Shown: in pieces, positions 63,560 through 64,000 of the stretch
Layout: each line of letters opens with the position of its first letter
Numbering within the stretch: position 1 is the stretch's first letter
NCBI RefSeq assembly: GCF_964204645.1
Contig: NC_134032.1
Location: forward strand, 8,048,275 to 8,112,274
Direction: 5' to 3'
Length of the DNA: 64,000 nt
DNA from: Tubulanus polymorphus
Lineage: Eukaryota > Animalia > Nemertea
Notes under the pieces: model-generated
The model's input: the letters and a program-made list of their open reading frames with translations, nothing else
Told to the model about the DNA's origin: nothing
Databases searched by the model: none
Made by a program: the position numbers and the translations under genes

Positions 63560-64000
63560 TGGGCCAAGTTTCACGAATGAATTCCTGAATAACCGAAATC
63601 TAGAATGTCTGGAAGCACAATAAACAACTAGTCCACTACTAGTAAAAGCTTTTATATTTCTATTTTTATTATTCATTTGTATCTGGTAATCGATCGAAAA
63701 AATACATTCTTTCACCTACAATCTTTATTCGTTTTTTTCTCAAACGCAATCAAACTGAAACACGATGAGTGTAATGATATCACTGCATCGTTGGGCAAAA
63801 ATGCTAATTTTTTTCCAAACTTTTTTTTCCAAATTATTTATACTCACCGGGCCACGGTAGCCACCATCCATGGATTTACATTTCAGTAAAATTATGATAA
63901 AAAGTGAGGCTGTATCAGATGAATTGTCCAGGGGATAAATCGGCAATGTAATATTCGCTGATGAGCCCACCATCGTTCAAATGCCATCGCAATAACGACC
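63560..64000 (-). pseudogene. GPCR paralog pseudogene, continues beyond window end
   Basis: 63966-64000 encodes VVIAMAFERWWA, near-identical to 60338-60372; it then jumps to a TM5-like IADLSP with stops and frameshifts and a TM7-like LVVY..RFR. Confidence 0.65.

Overview
AT-rich, intron-rich eukaryotic DNA, most consistent with a marine invertebrate (spiralian-like; taxon is inference only). Most of the supplied ORFs are spurious or are single exons, so genes were rebuilt by hand from GT-AG boundaries and intron phase. Genes found: (1) three secreted reprolysin/M12B zinc metalloproteases that all lack the usual long cysteine-switch prodomain: gene 1 (minus, 4879 to <689, runs off the window), gene 2 (plus, 39939-48407, 20 exons, metalloprotease-disintegrin-Cys-rich, no TM) and gene 3 (minus, 54743 to ~49632, ADAMTS-like, no TSP1 seen); (2) a FAM167-like two-exon gene; (3) an NRF-6/acyltransferase-3 gene plus an inverted, partial, frameshifted duplicate; (4) a tandemly duplicated cassette of an intronless class A GPCR and a GPI-type Ly6/three-finger gene, with one intact copy, one dead copy and a further GPCR pseudogene at the window end. 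Mobile DNA includes a near-full-length decayed LINE, an ORF1-only LINE piece, tRNA-derived SINEs, Penelope-type repeats carrying minimal hammerhead ribozyme motifs, MITEs, a foldback element with an 8-bp TSD and a 2.35-kb non-autonomous Polinton/Maverick-like insertion with a 6-bp TSD. Most promising leads: the prodomain-less protease cluster (one pro-region resembles a peptide-hormone precursor) and the GPCR-Ly6 cassette.
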